From: Botryllus schlosseri
Taxonomy: Eukaryota
DNA: 64,000 bases
Direction of reading: 5' to 3'
Assembly: GCA_051294905.1 (NCBI GenBank)
Contig: CM119375.1
Span: 24,552,001 to 24,616,000 of the forward strand
Both the position numbers and the translations under genes were made by a program. The notes under the pieces are model-generated. The model had not been told where the DNA came from, did not search any database, and was given only the letters and a program-made list of their open reading frames with translations. Below are positions 49,149-64,000 of this stretch, in pieces (the stretch's first letter is position 1; each line of letters begins with the position of its first letter).

Positions 49149-52100
49149 CTACATTTTCGTGGAATCAACGGGTTTGGAGTCTTGGGTCGGCGTAGAGCTT
49201 GCTTTAGCCCCGATTCGAAGAAATCGCTTCGTGCTCTCGCGCATGTGACTGCATAGAAAAGGTACAAGCGTTACTGATAGATACTTCGGTGCAAATGTTC
49301 GAGTTATGGAAGTAGAGACCAGTAATAAACAATACGAAAATAAAACTTGGAAGTAAGCCAATATCAGTATGATAAAGTTGCCAATCGTTAATCAATTGCA
49401 AATTTTCATTTGATGAACGGATATATCGTATAATCCTTTAAGAAAGGAACTATTAAAATGGTTAGCTGTGAACATGTCCATATGATTTCACAATACTAAT
49501 TCAAATACAAAGAGCCTTTTGCGTGATATTTTGAGAATAACTATAGACAAACATGATCATTTTTGTCAAACCAAGTGTTATCTCATGAATTTTCTTCTAT
49601 GCTGTCACCTTGACGCAGCATGTGATAGGAAGTTAAATTTCAAGGAATTCGGTTCAAAATTGCTGAGATTACTGTAAAATTCTGATATTTGACAAAGATA
49701 TCAACGGTGAAGTACATACCGAGGTACCTTTTTCTAACGCAGACCTCCTATATATCAAGATTCGCTTGTACCGAACACGAACAGAATATTCGCACCATCC
49801 CTGATGTATAGCGCTTAGTATACAATCATATATTATTCAGGTATATATACTGAAGTTCTGTACTTCTAAGTGTCTCTTGAAGCACTTAGTTTTTCGAAGT
49901 CATACATGTCAAGCCCGGCTTCATGACAAATTTAGAAGATTCTCGAAGACGTGGGTGATCGATGTTAATTTGGAAATTTTCGTTTAATGACTTGGCCTTC
50001 GCACGGCAACCAATTTGATGAATTGGCGCACATGCTCAAAATCGTAATTACTAGACAGTGGTGATATATCATGGAGGTAATAACGGTTACCCAAAAGTAA
50101 AATCGGAAGGTGCTAATATTCAATTTAAACTTACATATCACGGCATTGATAACCAAGAAATTTTTCTACGTTGAAAGCAATAATTACCTGGATGCCAAAT
50201 TATAGAACAAGGGATTCAGGCATTCCGATATTCGCAGGCAAACGTATGAGACTGTAACCGTAAGCCATTTCGTTCGCTGAGTGAATAAATGACGCATGTC
50301 CAAAGCCTTTGTCATACGGTAAGCTGAATAGAAGCAAGAATGTCAAACGTACGCTGATAGTTCATCTATATCTCCGTATCAACGGTTTTCAACCTTTTTC
50401 GGTCGGCGACCTATTTTGTTGATTTCGAGTGCCTAGCGAACCCGCTGTATCCATTACTAAAAATACTTGATGATTGAAAAAATAAACATTTGAAGTCAAT
50501 TCCCACGACATTAGCTTAGATTCTCTCTCTCTCTCTCTTTCTAACGATATGTAGATTCACATCCACGGTAGACATTCCAACGAAATGAATATAGTCACAA
50601 CCCTGACGAAGCTGTCGAGCAATCTCATTTGAGCTCCAGACCGGCAGTTTGGAAATCACTTTTATTGTAGCCTCGCCATTGACACATGAGTTCAATAAAG
50701 CCAGACATTCTGAATAATTGCAAAATGAGCAATAATTAACTTCTTTAAATAAATTAACGTAAGCCTCGATCGGACATATTCGCGGTGCGAAAACGCACGT
50801 ATACCTGCGATTTTAATGAAACAGTTCGTGGTTCCCAAACAATTAGACTATACACTTCATCGCGGGTAGGAGGACTCGGAAAACCACCCTACTATACACT
50901 GGAAAGACATGGATATATAAGAATATGTTCTATATCGCGAAAAGATGCACTATTGATATATTACCTAACAAGTCTTCCTCAAAATTCATTTAAATTGGTG
51001 CGATACGAAAATGGCGGTTGCAATTCCTTACCTGCGTCAATGGAATAACCGAATACGAATGAGAACACGATCAGAGAAACCTGAACAAGAGCGGCGTTTT
51101 CCTGTTCCTTGAGTTGCTCCCGCGTGACATGTTCCGAATCTACCAAAGCGGCTAAATTTATTTGGCTTTCAGTTAGGGGGTTAACGGCATCCGAGCCCTT
51201 ACCTTCAAGTTCCTTGTAGTCTGAGAAAGCTTCACTATCGGTAGTCGAGGTGTATTTCATAGACGAATCCACTACTGATCCTTTGGCTGCGAAAATGACG
51301 CAATGCGTGTCAGATGATGATGAACTTTCAATATTTTTGAATCGATGGAGGAGGCGTAATGTTTTATTATAGCAAAGTGTGCGACTGACTTAAAGTGGGA
51401 ATTGGCAATGAGGAATTCTGCATCCGACACTTGACATGTATCTGTATTTGCCATTATAAGCTAAACTCACCAATACTTCCATATTTGACGTAAGCTATTG
51501 CATTCAAATGGTTTACTATTGAGATAAATGGAGATATCATCACTTGCTATATGACGCGATGACACAGAGGTGCATATGATGCGAATTTAATGAAAGAAGA
51601 TTACGTAAATTGTTTGGTATACAGCACGGATCGTAAAGCCACAATGAAATAATATATGCAAATGATGCATTAAATATCAATTTCGAAAATACGGAGACAC
51701 TTGCATCTATGCAATTCATGTTTGGGTAATTAGAATCGCTGTTTTGTGTCTCTGAAGCCACAAATACCTCAACATAAATTCACAGTTAGATTCAAAGCAT
51801 TTAAATTTAACGACATTCGTAACATTGTCCAAGCTTCTGCGTATGGAATAGTTTCGCATAACATATTTTCCAACCTGCTGACGAGCCGAAAATCTCGCAG
51901 GATTATTTGGATGAGTGTCGACTTCGACAGTTCTTAATGATGATTTATGGTGCGTTTGATAGTGAGTCGATCTATTGCCATTAAAAAAACACATATTGTG
52001 CATGTATAACAATAGTGGGTACGCCGTTAAAGTCATCAACATAGGCCTTTAGGTCCATGCATATCATAAAATACGGTGAATTTTTATCTTCTGCCTCACG

Positions 52101-55100
52101 ACACTGTATACGAGTGATACATCAAGTACTTTTTTATCTTCATGTTTGCCGCATGACATCATAACACTTGAACTCATTATCTCACATAAGAGCAGTCAGA
52201 CGTTCCATCACGACATCTGTTAAGCTCCTATGCAATGAGCATCATTAAATGTAATGAGTTTCACTCATACTTACAGAGAGCAGAACAAAAGCTTTTGATG
52301 TATCAAGAACATATATGCCTTGCTCACAAACGTTTCTTAAAATGTTCATATACATCTAGTCGCAACATCACAGACATGAAATTGGCCGAAATAGGTATTG
52401 TGGACATCGTACACATTCTATCACCAATCATCCTACCTCTTTTAAATCGCATTCTGACCAGCGTTACGCAGAAGATGATTGCACACAGAAGGATCCCAGC
52501 GAATGGCGCGAAGAGCATGATAGGTAATGCAACCGCAACGTAGTTCGTACCGACGGCTCGCCTATAAAATGTACACGCGAACGTTAATTCAAGCGATAAA
52601 ATACCGCGAAGAATGAATATTACGCTTCACTCCAATATCTTGTGGAAGAGAATTCTCAGAGAATCCAACCAACATGAAGTCGTTAGCATTTGAGGAATCA
52701 CATACCAGAATGATGCATCTACTAGCGCAAGGCAATTGTTGAGATCACGAGCATTTCATGACATCGTTTCGTATTGGTGATTATTAAAATTAAATTTGCT
52801 TTGGAAAAACTTTTCATTAACCTCACATATTTTTTCAAATGAGTGAAATTTCGGTCGAGTTTCTGGACAAATTTACTGTATAAGTTCATTAAAGCCTACA
52901 TCGTTTTATATGTAATATGATGATGACATAGATTGAAAACGAAGCTATGAGGGGATCTGATCTGATTCACACTACTAAATTAAGAAGTAATCTACAATTA
53001 ATATTATCATTTTATAGCAGGGCTGGCCAGACACGTTTCATGCTCGAGCTGCATATCTCAAAATTTAGTTTGCAAATAGGCGCAACATAGAAAATAAAAA
53101 ATACCCATTTCTCCAGTATTCGCTCAGAGTGAAGTGTACGCTACCAAATGTCGTGATCCTGTAACTAAGTCCCCACGTGTTTGAAATTAGGCTGACATAA
53201 CGTCATAGATGTGTGGAGTAGTTCCATCAAGTGTAGGTTTGACAAAATTGAGCGATGACATTACAAACTTCCTCACGGAATAAAATGTTATACAGCAGCT
53301 TCGTATATAGACGTTTGAGTCACTCCATTTGTAGGCTAATGATCGAGTGAAGTAAGTTTGACGGATAAGACACACAGGTTTACCTACGTGATTAGTGAAT
53401 AGCCTACAAACTCTTCCTCTCAACCTATTTTAAAAGTACTAATTCCCTGATCCTATTTTCCTTGTTTGCAATGACATTGCAGTTATTGACTGAATTAGCC
53501 TACAATACAAATGTAAGGCTCATATGCACCATTATCCACGAGGACGTGAACGCGATATTCGATATCATGATTAATTATTATTAAGTTCATTGTCGATCAC
53601 TATGCATCATTGTCGCATATGAAGATATCATGTGAACTCGATTCTCAGTTCAATTGCTCAATTCCAAGCCACTAAAGCCGCGCCCACGTAAGTCGTCCGA
53701 TTTTTATCTAAATCACAAGGCGAGAAGCAATATGAATACAATACGCATATTGTTAATCCACGATAGAATGCTTCGTTTTGTTACCAGTTTAAATCTCCTG
53801 GCAGACCGGGAAATGCATGTGCATTGGTGAATGTGTATTCATAAATAAGTCGCAATCAAAGTCTCAAATACCTGCAGCTTATCCAACCCCTGATACATAG
53901 CATAGGCTGAAATTCATTAGCCGAGAGCAGGGAGCGGATCCTTATCAGGCCGGCTCTCTTTCAAATAATTTGTCGTCATGTACTCCCGTTATGACGGAAT
54001 TCGAGAGTTATTTCCAATAAGCCACGAGTTGGACAAACCCGATGCTCTGTTTAGCTGTTTTGTAATTGTTTTGCGAAACTAGAAGATTAAGTCACGCACC
54101 ATTCTTTACTGACAGCTGTACACGCGGTCTTGTATCTTCCAGGTGAATACGGCACAACCGTAGCGGTAATGATGTAGAACAATGCGTACGCAAAAAATAC
54201 TTCCACCCAAATGACGCACGCAACAACCTGTCAAACAGAATTATAAATTACAGGTTCATCGCCATTGGCAATACAGAATCTTCTACATTTTCGGATACAT
54301 GGGTCTATAAAATTGTAGCTTCCAGTGATTGGTTATTGCAATTGGAATAAAGTATCGCAATAGATAAGGCAGAAACGTCTTATAATGTAATCTGAAACGT
54401 TTTCAAATTCCAGGAATTGTGAAGACGATATGTGAGATAAACTTAATACGGATAAGATTGATCATCCTCGTGAATTATAATGGACGTAAAATAAGGTGTG
54501 AAAGCAACCAAGATCTTATAATGATCATATAGTTACTCAAAAGTCCTAAAACGACAACTAATTTTTTTCTATTATCACTGTTATAGAGGAACAACGGGCA
54601 TATAGGGTTTAATATATCAGATTACGTCAACAGTAGGATATTTCAGTAGTTTATTCAACCGTCATTTCTGTGTATTCGATTACGAAATGATTACTTCTGG
54701 TTATCAATCTTCTTCCGCCAATATGGTGAGCATTGGGTAAACGCCTGCTATACATATACAGATCCCATGCCCAGTGCCCGCCTATGATGACCTTTTTATT
54801 ATTATTATTAATAATAACACTTTTGTTCTAATATTAAGTCTCCTCCATACCGGCCAATTAGACTGTTCATCATAGTGAAAACCGGGCATGACTTGCATTG
54901 CTGATGCCTCTTGCACGCACTTGTCCAACGCTTTGACGATGCAAATTAATTATAGACCGCAATGTCTTAATTCTATGATGCAGCGATGCGTAGCGGTAAC
55001 CGAAGTAGATTGAATTGTTGCCAGAGTAATTGCGGAAGTTAATCTATTCAAATGACGTCTAATCGCGGTAAATGATTGCAAGCCAATTGATGTCGCAAGT

Positions 55101-58100
55101 AGGTCGCGCGTGATTTCATCAGACGCAGCTCCGAGAATTTGATTTTCTCTACGATATTATATTGGACATTATGTTCAAATTTCAGATCGAAGTTTCATTT
55201 CTGAGAACAAAGCGAAAGTGAATTTTATAAGGAAATTATCGTGAAATTGTAATAAAATGATTCCATAATTGCTGACGGTGCCGTGGAATGAAATTTGGCA
55301 GAAATGTGTCGAACGATTATAATGAGGATAAGATAGGCACTAGTGCACATCGGAAAGTTGGTGTAAAACTTTGTAGGTTTTCGTAATTATTTAGAGCTGG
55401 AATATACTATTGACTTCGTCCCTCCGACATTAAGTTATACATCTGTACAGTGTACACTGTACACCTATATATATGTATTGTAATAACAATATTTAGTAAG
55501 AATAACCGTCTTTTGTTTTACACCAGAGGGGCTCATACTAAATAGTAACACTGTAAAAACAAATACTGCTGCTCTCTACTCAAAGCTAGGCTACAATGAC
55601 AGACTACATGATGCTAACAGATTGGTGCATTGATTTCAGATAACTTCGGAATTTAGCAATGAAAATATGCACTCCAATGACGAGGCAAAGGGTTTTTAGT
55701 CTCATTTTCAAGATAATAATAGTCAAATGTGATGACTAAATCGGAAATGTACAAGGCAGTACCTTTGCCCCTTTGGGACTGAAGTTTTTCTTGACTTTAT
55801 GTGGTGATAGAATCGCAAATACCCTCAACACACTGAATACCATGATATGCTGTACTGTGACAAACATTGTCAGTTGATTGAGTCCCACCGTGAACTGAAA
55901 AATAATCGGAAATGTTGAACGAACGTATAAAGTTCCCATCTGAAAAAGGGGTGAATGACATGCAGATATGTCCCAGCACTTCGAAGCGTTTAAAATCGGC
56001 TTTGATATGCGAAAATTCGCTATATATAATACTCCAATCTTCCTGTAACATGTGCTATTATCAGGTGCTATTAATTGTGTTAAATACGGCGGAATGAAAT
56101 ATTTTAATACAAATTCCATTATTCAACTTTTCACACGTGTACGGTTTCATTTCACGGTATACTTACAAAAAGCGGATTGCTACTATTGTTTTATTTTAAA
56201 ACCGCTGATATTATATTCTCCAGTTAACAAATAAATCGCGTCACCCGAAGGTACACGAATCACATTATTAGGCAGCGGTATCATAAAATCTGTATATTAT
56301 ATATCGGCTAATGCTAAATAAAATAAACAACTAAGCGTATAGTCAAATGTGGAAAGTTTCTCTGAGTTCAGTACCTTGCATACTCCGACCGGCAAGTTGA
56401 ATTCCAGATACCCCCATAAGGATCTATATATTTGCAAGGGACTGTTCAGCGCAGAGAAGAAATCCGATATGCTCAGACTGAGGATAAGGATATTGAATGG
56501 ATTCCTGAAATAAATAAGTTATTGTTTTTCTTAATACAGGTCTATAGAGTGTGAAGTGAATATAGAAAATTATACCAACGTATTATAACTGTTATTGTAA
56601 CTTGATAACTGAGTAAATCGTGCCCGACCTTATTACAAAACATAAGGAAGCGAGCTTCCTGAACACAGCACGCGACTGGAGAAGATTTGCGGTTTACAAA
56701 GCCATGAATATATGTTCTCATACACAATACATATAATTATAGATATAATTGTGCCCTACATACGGGTACGTAATTGGATCTTACCTTCTCAAAGTTTTGG
56801 AAGTGGCAATTACGGAAAACGTGATCCAGTTCGCTACCAAACCGAATAAGCACAGCAATGATAATAGGGCAGTGATGAATACCCCCTCTCCCACGTGAAA
56901 AAGATGCTGGAAGTCGCTGCAAAATAGGGCGGTAGATTCAGGTTAATTGGGCATTCAGCCCCCATTTCAATATTTAGGCGATAACAACATTATCACCGAA
57001 AAAGAAATCCCTATATGTCTATTGCATGTAAACACCTTGGGGGTAACTGTAATTAAAATTCGCTTTAATCCGAGTTGAACAGTTTATGAAGACCAATACG
57101 ACTTTTGGGAAGTGATCAAGTAGGTTCTTCCGCGCGCAAGTAACTTAAGTGGATATATTTTTGGACTATCTTCAACTCCAGTTCTACTACAGTTCGTAAA
57201 GTAGAAAGTAGTTCGGGATTATAGATTGTATCACTCTTATGAGCGAAATTATTATGAGAGAAATCGAACAGTAACTATAGGTACATTCTAAAAGATGACC
57301 TTTATTTTCAGTGCTATTAGTCTTTTTGGGTTTGATGCGAAGATGCATCTTGTCCTTTCCAATGCAGTCATACGATTAACTGCAAACGGTATGTGACCCC
57401 ACGAACAAACATACTTTTGATACATGGGTGGTTTTCAAACATTTGATTTTACATTCACACGTAAGTAGTTTTGACATGGCATGGAAATCACTAGTGGTAA
57501 TAAATTTTCGCGTTATACGGATACTTTTGCTGTGTTAACAACGCCGAATACTTTGGCCACCTCTGGTATTTATCATGGACATCGGGCTAACTTTAAGATT
57601 ACCACATCATTAGATGCGTAAACGAGGATACTTTTCATAGACTGAAAAAGTTACTATGTAACTATAGCGGACTGTGATTTTCAAATTATTACAGCTAATG
57701 TCATTGGATTAACTAAAAAGGTCGTTTTTCGACATCGACTCCTGAAATACCCGTCTTTTGTCAGTTCAGCCCACATTTCTCGTAATCTGTGGTAATTTTT
57801 TGATATTTTAAGCTGGAAAGGAGGACAATGTGCATAAAAGTAGGACATTTGGGCGAGGGGAGGACATTTCTTGAAAAACTAGGACAAATACTCCCAAAAG
57901 AGGAAGTATGGTAACCCTAGCTAACTTGCTTTCTAAAATTGGGTTTACCGAAAGAGAAATCTCATTAATACCGTTTGAGTAAAATTATAATGTACGCAAG
58001 TATAATTTTTTTCACATATTTTTGGTATGTCCGACGGGCGATAACCGGAAAATCGGAGTATTATCCGTACATTTACAAAGTCCTGGCCTTCTGTAGTTGA

Positions 58101-59659
58101 GACGTCTTTTCAATGAATACCAAATATACCACATTAACGTTAGAATCGAAACTCCATTTGTATTATGTGTGAATATATAAATAGGCTGTATGCAATGTAT
58201 TACATTTCTGTTATGTTCGTTTTAGTTGGCATCGTTTGACTCACATTAGCACAGAATTAGTATTCAGTGTCCGTCTGCGCAATCATTATTTCCTTGTGTG
58301 CCTGCCATTCGTATCTATACTCTAAAGTCTAAATCGCATAGGCGATACATTTGAAGACTCGCGTTGGATCCTATAGTTTAGTTATAGTTTTCGCTAATAT
58401 CGCGAATAAATTACCATGGGCGTCTTACCATTATGGCGTTCGTAAGTCAGTCCGCATTATGCTATAGGTCGAATGTGTACGAACAAAGTCACCTACGAAC
58501 AAACATGTAGCCTATGTCGGTTAGAGTAACATTGTATGTTGAACACATCTATCTTCAACAATAAAATTCCGTGCAGCTATTCGATGGTGTTAACACATTT
58601 CCCAAAAGGGCAGTGCCTTTTACCAGGGAGGAAAAAGTGAATTAACTATAGTTAGCATGTTTTATAATCGCCACCGACGAGTCTTCGGCGAGCGATCCAT
58701 GGATTACCCAAACCTAGAAGTTCTTAATCTTTATCGTAGGCGGACCGATATTTTGTTTGTATAACGTCTTGACCCCATATATTGTAATATTGTGCGAGAA
58801 AATATTTTGAACTGCATAACCAGCGGGGCTGCCGTCGCCGCTGAACAAAAAGTTGAGGGCGGCCAAAAATTCCAAGTAGCCTAATCGGGGAATTCGGGAA
58901 GCTGATAACTAAAAAAGTATCATTACTTTAGCTCAATCACGGTCTCATTGCTACATAGTTTATTTGATACCTAAACTCCTACCCGAAAGTCGTTACTTTC
59001 GCCAAGTCCTAATTCCAGCCTTATTTTGCTGGTATCCTTCAAGTGCTAGCTATTGTGGCCTGTGGTTAGCACTGGACATATGGACAATATAGTTTTAAAA
59101 ATAGCCGTGGTTTCCATTTGCCCTTTCACAGATCCGCGGAACCAGTTTGAGAATCCCTGCCCCATGTGAATTTTTTTCCGAGGGCCACTCAGCTCAGAAC
59201 GAAATGTTCTACTCACCTCATCATTTTATCATGGATGTCGAGCCCGGCGTAGGATGTTTGTGAAGTTGCGGCGCTTTCAAGACTCCCAGTCGCGTTGTAA
59301 GCAACGGTGGCCTCGTATTCCATTTTTGTTTGTTTGTGAAGACTCTTCCAAGTAAAAACTTTGAACTTTTCCACGAATCTCTCCCGTACGCTTGCCACTC
59401 GAGTCAAGACGCTTGCTGGCTCGGCCGAATTGCGGATAACTTGTAATTTGAGCCTGAAGTGAGCAGTGCCCGTGACGATATTCGAATAATGATATGCTTG
59501 TATTCTTAGAATCTGCTCACTTTTGATGGAATTGGTTTCATTGAAAAAATGGTCCGGAATGAGAGATTTGGCGAGCAATCGGCTAATTTGGGAATGGTCG
59601 AAACCGACACCAGTAATAATGCCGAGACGGATTTTATGATCAAAATGGTCGTTTGCCAA
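49149..59659 (-). CDS. Orphan rhodopsin-like (class A) GPCR with extended ectodomain, 5'-partial. Exons: 59217-59659, 56785-56916, 56375-56504, 55763-55894, 54100-54227, 52437-52561, 51032-51286, 50188-50323, 49149-49248
   Basis: Nine phase-compatible GT-AG exons, 1581 nt with stop. TM1 GLVAN, TM2 LSISD, ECL1 W and TM3 Cys (GVCK), TM3 end VLRVFAI, TM4 Trp, ECL2 Cys, TM5 APF, TM6 FVFGYSID, TM7 NPLFY, helix 8 HMRESTKRFLR. The acceptor of the 5'-most exon is weak. Confidence 0.9.
57790..57919. mobile_element. Right-end remnant of a TAGGGTTACCATA-family MITE
   Basis: AGGAC arrays ending GTATGGTAACCCTA; left end not found. Confidence 0.55.
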
Positions 59660-60064
59660 CTTGTTATGTTACAGTTAACCTAATCCAATACCGCGCATTA
59701 TACTTTCAATAAATAAATGTAATTGGAATCGGAACAACGTACGCCGTTGTGGTGAACTTTCGGTTAACGAGTTGTCTTTGTCGGATTCACGCCGAGACAA
59801 GCAAGGAATCGTAATGATACATTTGTTTCATGAGGAAACGTTTTGAGCACGTATGACGATCTTGTCCTACATAAGATGTGATCAGTAATACTATCACAAC
59901 TGGAGTTGACTTATACATGGTCGCATCTCCAGTCAACTAAATTGTAAAAATATGATATATCGGCGATATCTCATATTCCTTGAATATACCAACATGTAAG
60001 GGTACATTCTCGTCATTATATGCTGATGAAAACGCACAATTCTTCAGCCGGAAATTGTAGAATT

Positions 60065-60217
60065 GTGTTACCATACGTTACCGCTTACCATACGTTACCA
60101 TACGACCTTGTTTAGTCAACACCACAAGATCCCCAATAAATATTACAACATCAGCTGTTTTTAATTTCGGTCAACTAACTAAGTGTCCTTTGCCGATTCC
60201 AAAATATGGCAACCCTA
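60065..60217. mobile_element. Degenerate TAGGGTT(A/G)CCATA-family MITE remnant
   Basis: Tandem TTACCATACG copies at the left and CCAAAATATGGCAACCCTA at the right. Confidence 0.5.
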
Positions 60218-63200
60218 TTGTAAAACTACGTATGGTATCACAGGAATTTTGTAATGATATTTCACAAAAACCTCTTCGACTCAACGAAAAGATGATCCAA
60301 GTATTTTTGCTTCCCTATATCGTACTTGGCGAACAAACCGAATATTGTATTGTCACTCGCTTCATCCGTTGCTATACCAACTATATAAGTTATGTGGCTA
60401 CAAAAGACAGCTATATATTTATATGTATCGGTTGCATTCAAAGGGACGTAGTGAACATGCTCAGAAATATTTGCATCGGATGTGATCGTGAGATGCATAT
60501 TACCGAATCGTTGCTAATTGAATGACATCACTTAGATGCCTTGTCGTGAAATACTAAAGGTATGACTTTAACTTGAAGAGTATGCATTCTCGACAACGAA
60601 TCTTATATTCGGGACATTACCTACCGGCATTCGTGCGGCATAATATAATTAATAAATCATAGTAAGTTAGTTAAACAAACCGTATTTTGCATGGTTAGGA
60701 GTTGTGACTAATGATTCACTCCAGTAGGCAATCGAAACTAAATGGTTTAAAATGCTTTTGAATTATACAGTTATAGGCTTCTTGATTTTCGTACGCGAAT
60801 ACCTATTATATCTCCAGACATTACGGTGTCGATAGTATCGTTTGCATTTTGAGAACGTTGACGGTGCATCTCCACTTGCATATGCACGCTGTATAGCATT
60901 CTCTGGAGCATTTGATATTTACTCATTCAATACACGCATATATGTTTACAATTATTACTCGTAATTAAAAACGAGAGAAAGTCATCCTGATTATATGCAG
61001 AATGTTTAGCATGCTGCATACCCACGTGGTGAAGGCTAATGATTACATTTCCGAATATTAGAATAAATTTAGTGAGATAACTCATTATATATTGCTTTCC
61101 TGACTGTCGATGTGAATCTGTCCAAATAGATAAGAAATACGCAGACGACTTCGCAGCAACAGCTTCTATAACAGCAATCCTTGAGATGCTACAATGCAAC
61201 TTATGCGCCATCTTTGTTCTTTTATTTATAGATCCTGAACATTAGATTCATAGAACATTTGGCATCGATGATCAATTTTTCTCTGCAGCTCCTTATTTTG
61301 GGAATGAAAATTCGTTTGAAATTACAGCAAATTATATTTTAATCTCTTGCTCGGCGCGAATTACGAATATGACTACGTGAGAAATAAGATTGACTGCAAT
61401 TTGAAGTCTTTATAGCATTTTATCGTAGATTCAAGGCGTGAGAACATGAAATAGCAGAAAAATTGTGAAGCTCAGGCGAGGAACATTAGGAACAATTATG
61501 CAGGTTATCACAAGACATCGGCGACGATAATATCTTTCGTTATTTCTAAAGGGATGTTGACGTCGGTGACTAATCGATACCAGAATTATCATTCCATACC
61601 GGTATTTCCAAAAGGAATATGGAGACGTCATAGAACCATTACTTTTGTATATAGATGCACAAAAATTGCAAATAGCAGCTCAATTGAGCATCCTGAATGC
61701 TGCGTCATGGTATTTATGCAAAGTTAAGCATAAACCGATGTAGTTTACTAATTGGCTGTGTTTATAGAACCGACTACTCTATTAATAAACAATGATATAT
61801 CTTCACCGCCTACGAGCAATATAACGACCAAGATTTGTCTGCATGCAATGATTGAAGTGATTATAAACTTCATTTTGATCATTCAATTTGAAGAGATATT
61901 CAAAGTTGTAACATTCAATTTACATCCATTGTTATTTTCGTTTTCTGAAAATCGCGAGTGGGGAATTGTGGAGAAGAGATTTCAAAAATCGCATCGATAC
62001 ACTACTGATCCTTGATTGGATCATCCCATATCAGTTTAAATCTTTCTTTTCACCTCTGAACTCATTTCCAACTCAAATATACGGCCAGGCTCGCAAGAAA
62101 TGAATTGTCACACTAACATCTCCGTTATCAATATTTGCTGCTCATGTTAATTTGAAGGTTTTGCATCAGACGAGTGACTGCCGAAAACAAGATGTTTATT
62201 CGAGGAAATGGCAATCGTAGATTTAAATCCAAATGCGTTTAAGTCATGATCCTTGGTACTGGAGTAGAAGTATTGAAATAGCTTCGATAATTTCTACTCA
62301 AGTCGTAATGTGGGCCTAAGTATAGTGTAAAAATCACCACTTGAGTAAATAATGCGCTGCAAGTGGAAGTATTTCGTTACTGACCTGTGAGCACATCTGC
62401 TGCGTTTAAGACATAATTGGTAAGTAGCCTGTATACAAGGCTTATGGTTCGGAAGGTATATATACAGTTAACTCCACTCAGCTCCGATGCTGGTTAACCC
62501 GGACAACCGCTTTATTTGGCCAAAATGTTCAGGTAACGGACCAAAAGCAACAACTGCAGGAATAAAAGCCTATTTCTCCTTGATTCGGACATAGGCTCGC
62601 AACTACCATCGTTATGACACAATAAACAGTGCACCATTCAACAAAACATGAGTAATGATGGTGAAAATTGACGATCCATGCAGTAAAAATCGACAAAGAA
62701 CTCATAGTCGATTTTTCTTCGTCCATTTTGCACATAACAGAGTTGTAATTGATAGCCGACAGGAAATATCATGCCAGCCCTTCTTGCATGGTTTATTTGT
62801 ATAGTTGCTGTACTGTTATAACCCTATATGTGTGCGTTACACAATGATGCAGTATCCAACAATTGCTGAATCGTTTGTATCGAAATCCTGTACAATACAA
62901 TTGACCAGAATGTATGACTCGTGAGCGTTTAATGCGGACACTGCCAATTTACGCCGTATAGCGTATGTGCAATTCATTTATTACACAACAGTACATTATT
63001 TGTAATGCGTTGTCGGCCTTTACGCGTGACCATGTACCGAACAGTTGGATATTCACTGTATTCGGAGAAAGGCCCTCTCTCCGCTTAATTCGGCCACAAG
63101 TGACAGGAACCAAAGTGTCCAAATTGAACGCAGTCGACCGTACATGTAAACGTAAAGTGGCCTGCATTAAGAGCATTAGGACGTTAGGACGGAATGTTGA

Positions 63201-64000
63201 TCTTGTCGCATCCATAATGATGATGTAAAGTAGCTCTAGGGACAATCTAATTTCTTTACATTCTCCCCTGTCCACTAATAAATGGGGAATAGTGCAACGA
63301 ATAAAATTATCATTTTGATGGAAGTCCCGCGTACGACGCCGTTAGTATTCTTATTTAGGTATACACGACAGCCCTTCGTGATTTAAGGAGTTCTCATAGC
63401 TAACGTCAATGAAATAATCAATCAATCAATCATTCAGCGTTGTTATGGAATTATCCGCTGAAGACACGAAATGTACAATACGATATACAAGACAAAATTC
63501 ATCACACGCCTGACATTCAATTCCAGGCTGGCATCAATATGGCATGTCCACCACGTCCGATATAGTTATATAATGAATATATTTTAACAAATAAAACATT
63601 GGCATCTAAGTCGGTACGCGGACGATTTATGCTTACCTCCAATCTATTCAAGGATAGAAAATGACATCATGGACACAATTGACGAAAAAAGCTTTGACGC
63701 GACGCCCTTCGCTTTGATTACACATATTGACAAAACTGCTCTTCTCACAGACTCGCGTTTACAACACCATATATATATATATATAGCACCTTCAACTATA
63801 TGTCGAGAAAGGGCTACAAAGAAAGTCTGATTATAAATTTTCCGACAATAACAATTATCAATCTTCCCCGACGAAATGATAGGTAGTAAATAATTTCCTA
63901 TAGTATTAACATTTTGACAGGAAAACGTAAGGCGTACCATTTCACCAATTAAAACCGGCCGTAATCGACACGGGTCGTTGTTGACGTTGTGTAAAAATCT

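Noticed and set aside
55736-56119. 127-aa ORF as a standalone gene or EGF-like domain
   Set aside because: Only 55763-55894 is coding, as the GPCR TM3 exon; the rest is intron read-through.

Overview
AT-rich, intron-containing eukaryotic DNA from an invertebrate animal. A tunicate or other deuterostome is my guess from the GPCR type, not something the sequence proves. Three spliced minus-strand genes can be rebuilt from GT-AG exons with matching phases: LARP6 (La motif + RRM; first exon and probable last exon not located), a complete 165-aa PLAC8/cornifelin-family gene, and an orphan class A GPCR with a ~150-aa extra ectodomain exon and altered DRY and CWxP motifs. Much of the intronic and intergenic space is nested transposons: a defective Sola2 element, a 3.9-kb foldback element built from modular tandem repeats, a composite hAT element present twice, eight non-autonomous hAT-type families (8-bp TSDs), TA-targeting TIR elements, a Penelope GIY-YIG relic split by a tRNA-SINE and a hAT, and LINE 3' ends. 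A perfect 256-bp-arm hairpin lies in a cornifelin intron. I found no rRNA, true tRNA, CRISPR array or prokaryotic gene, and no intact transposase. Most ORFs in the supplied track are non-coding.
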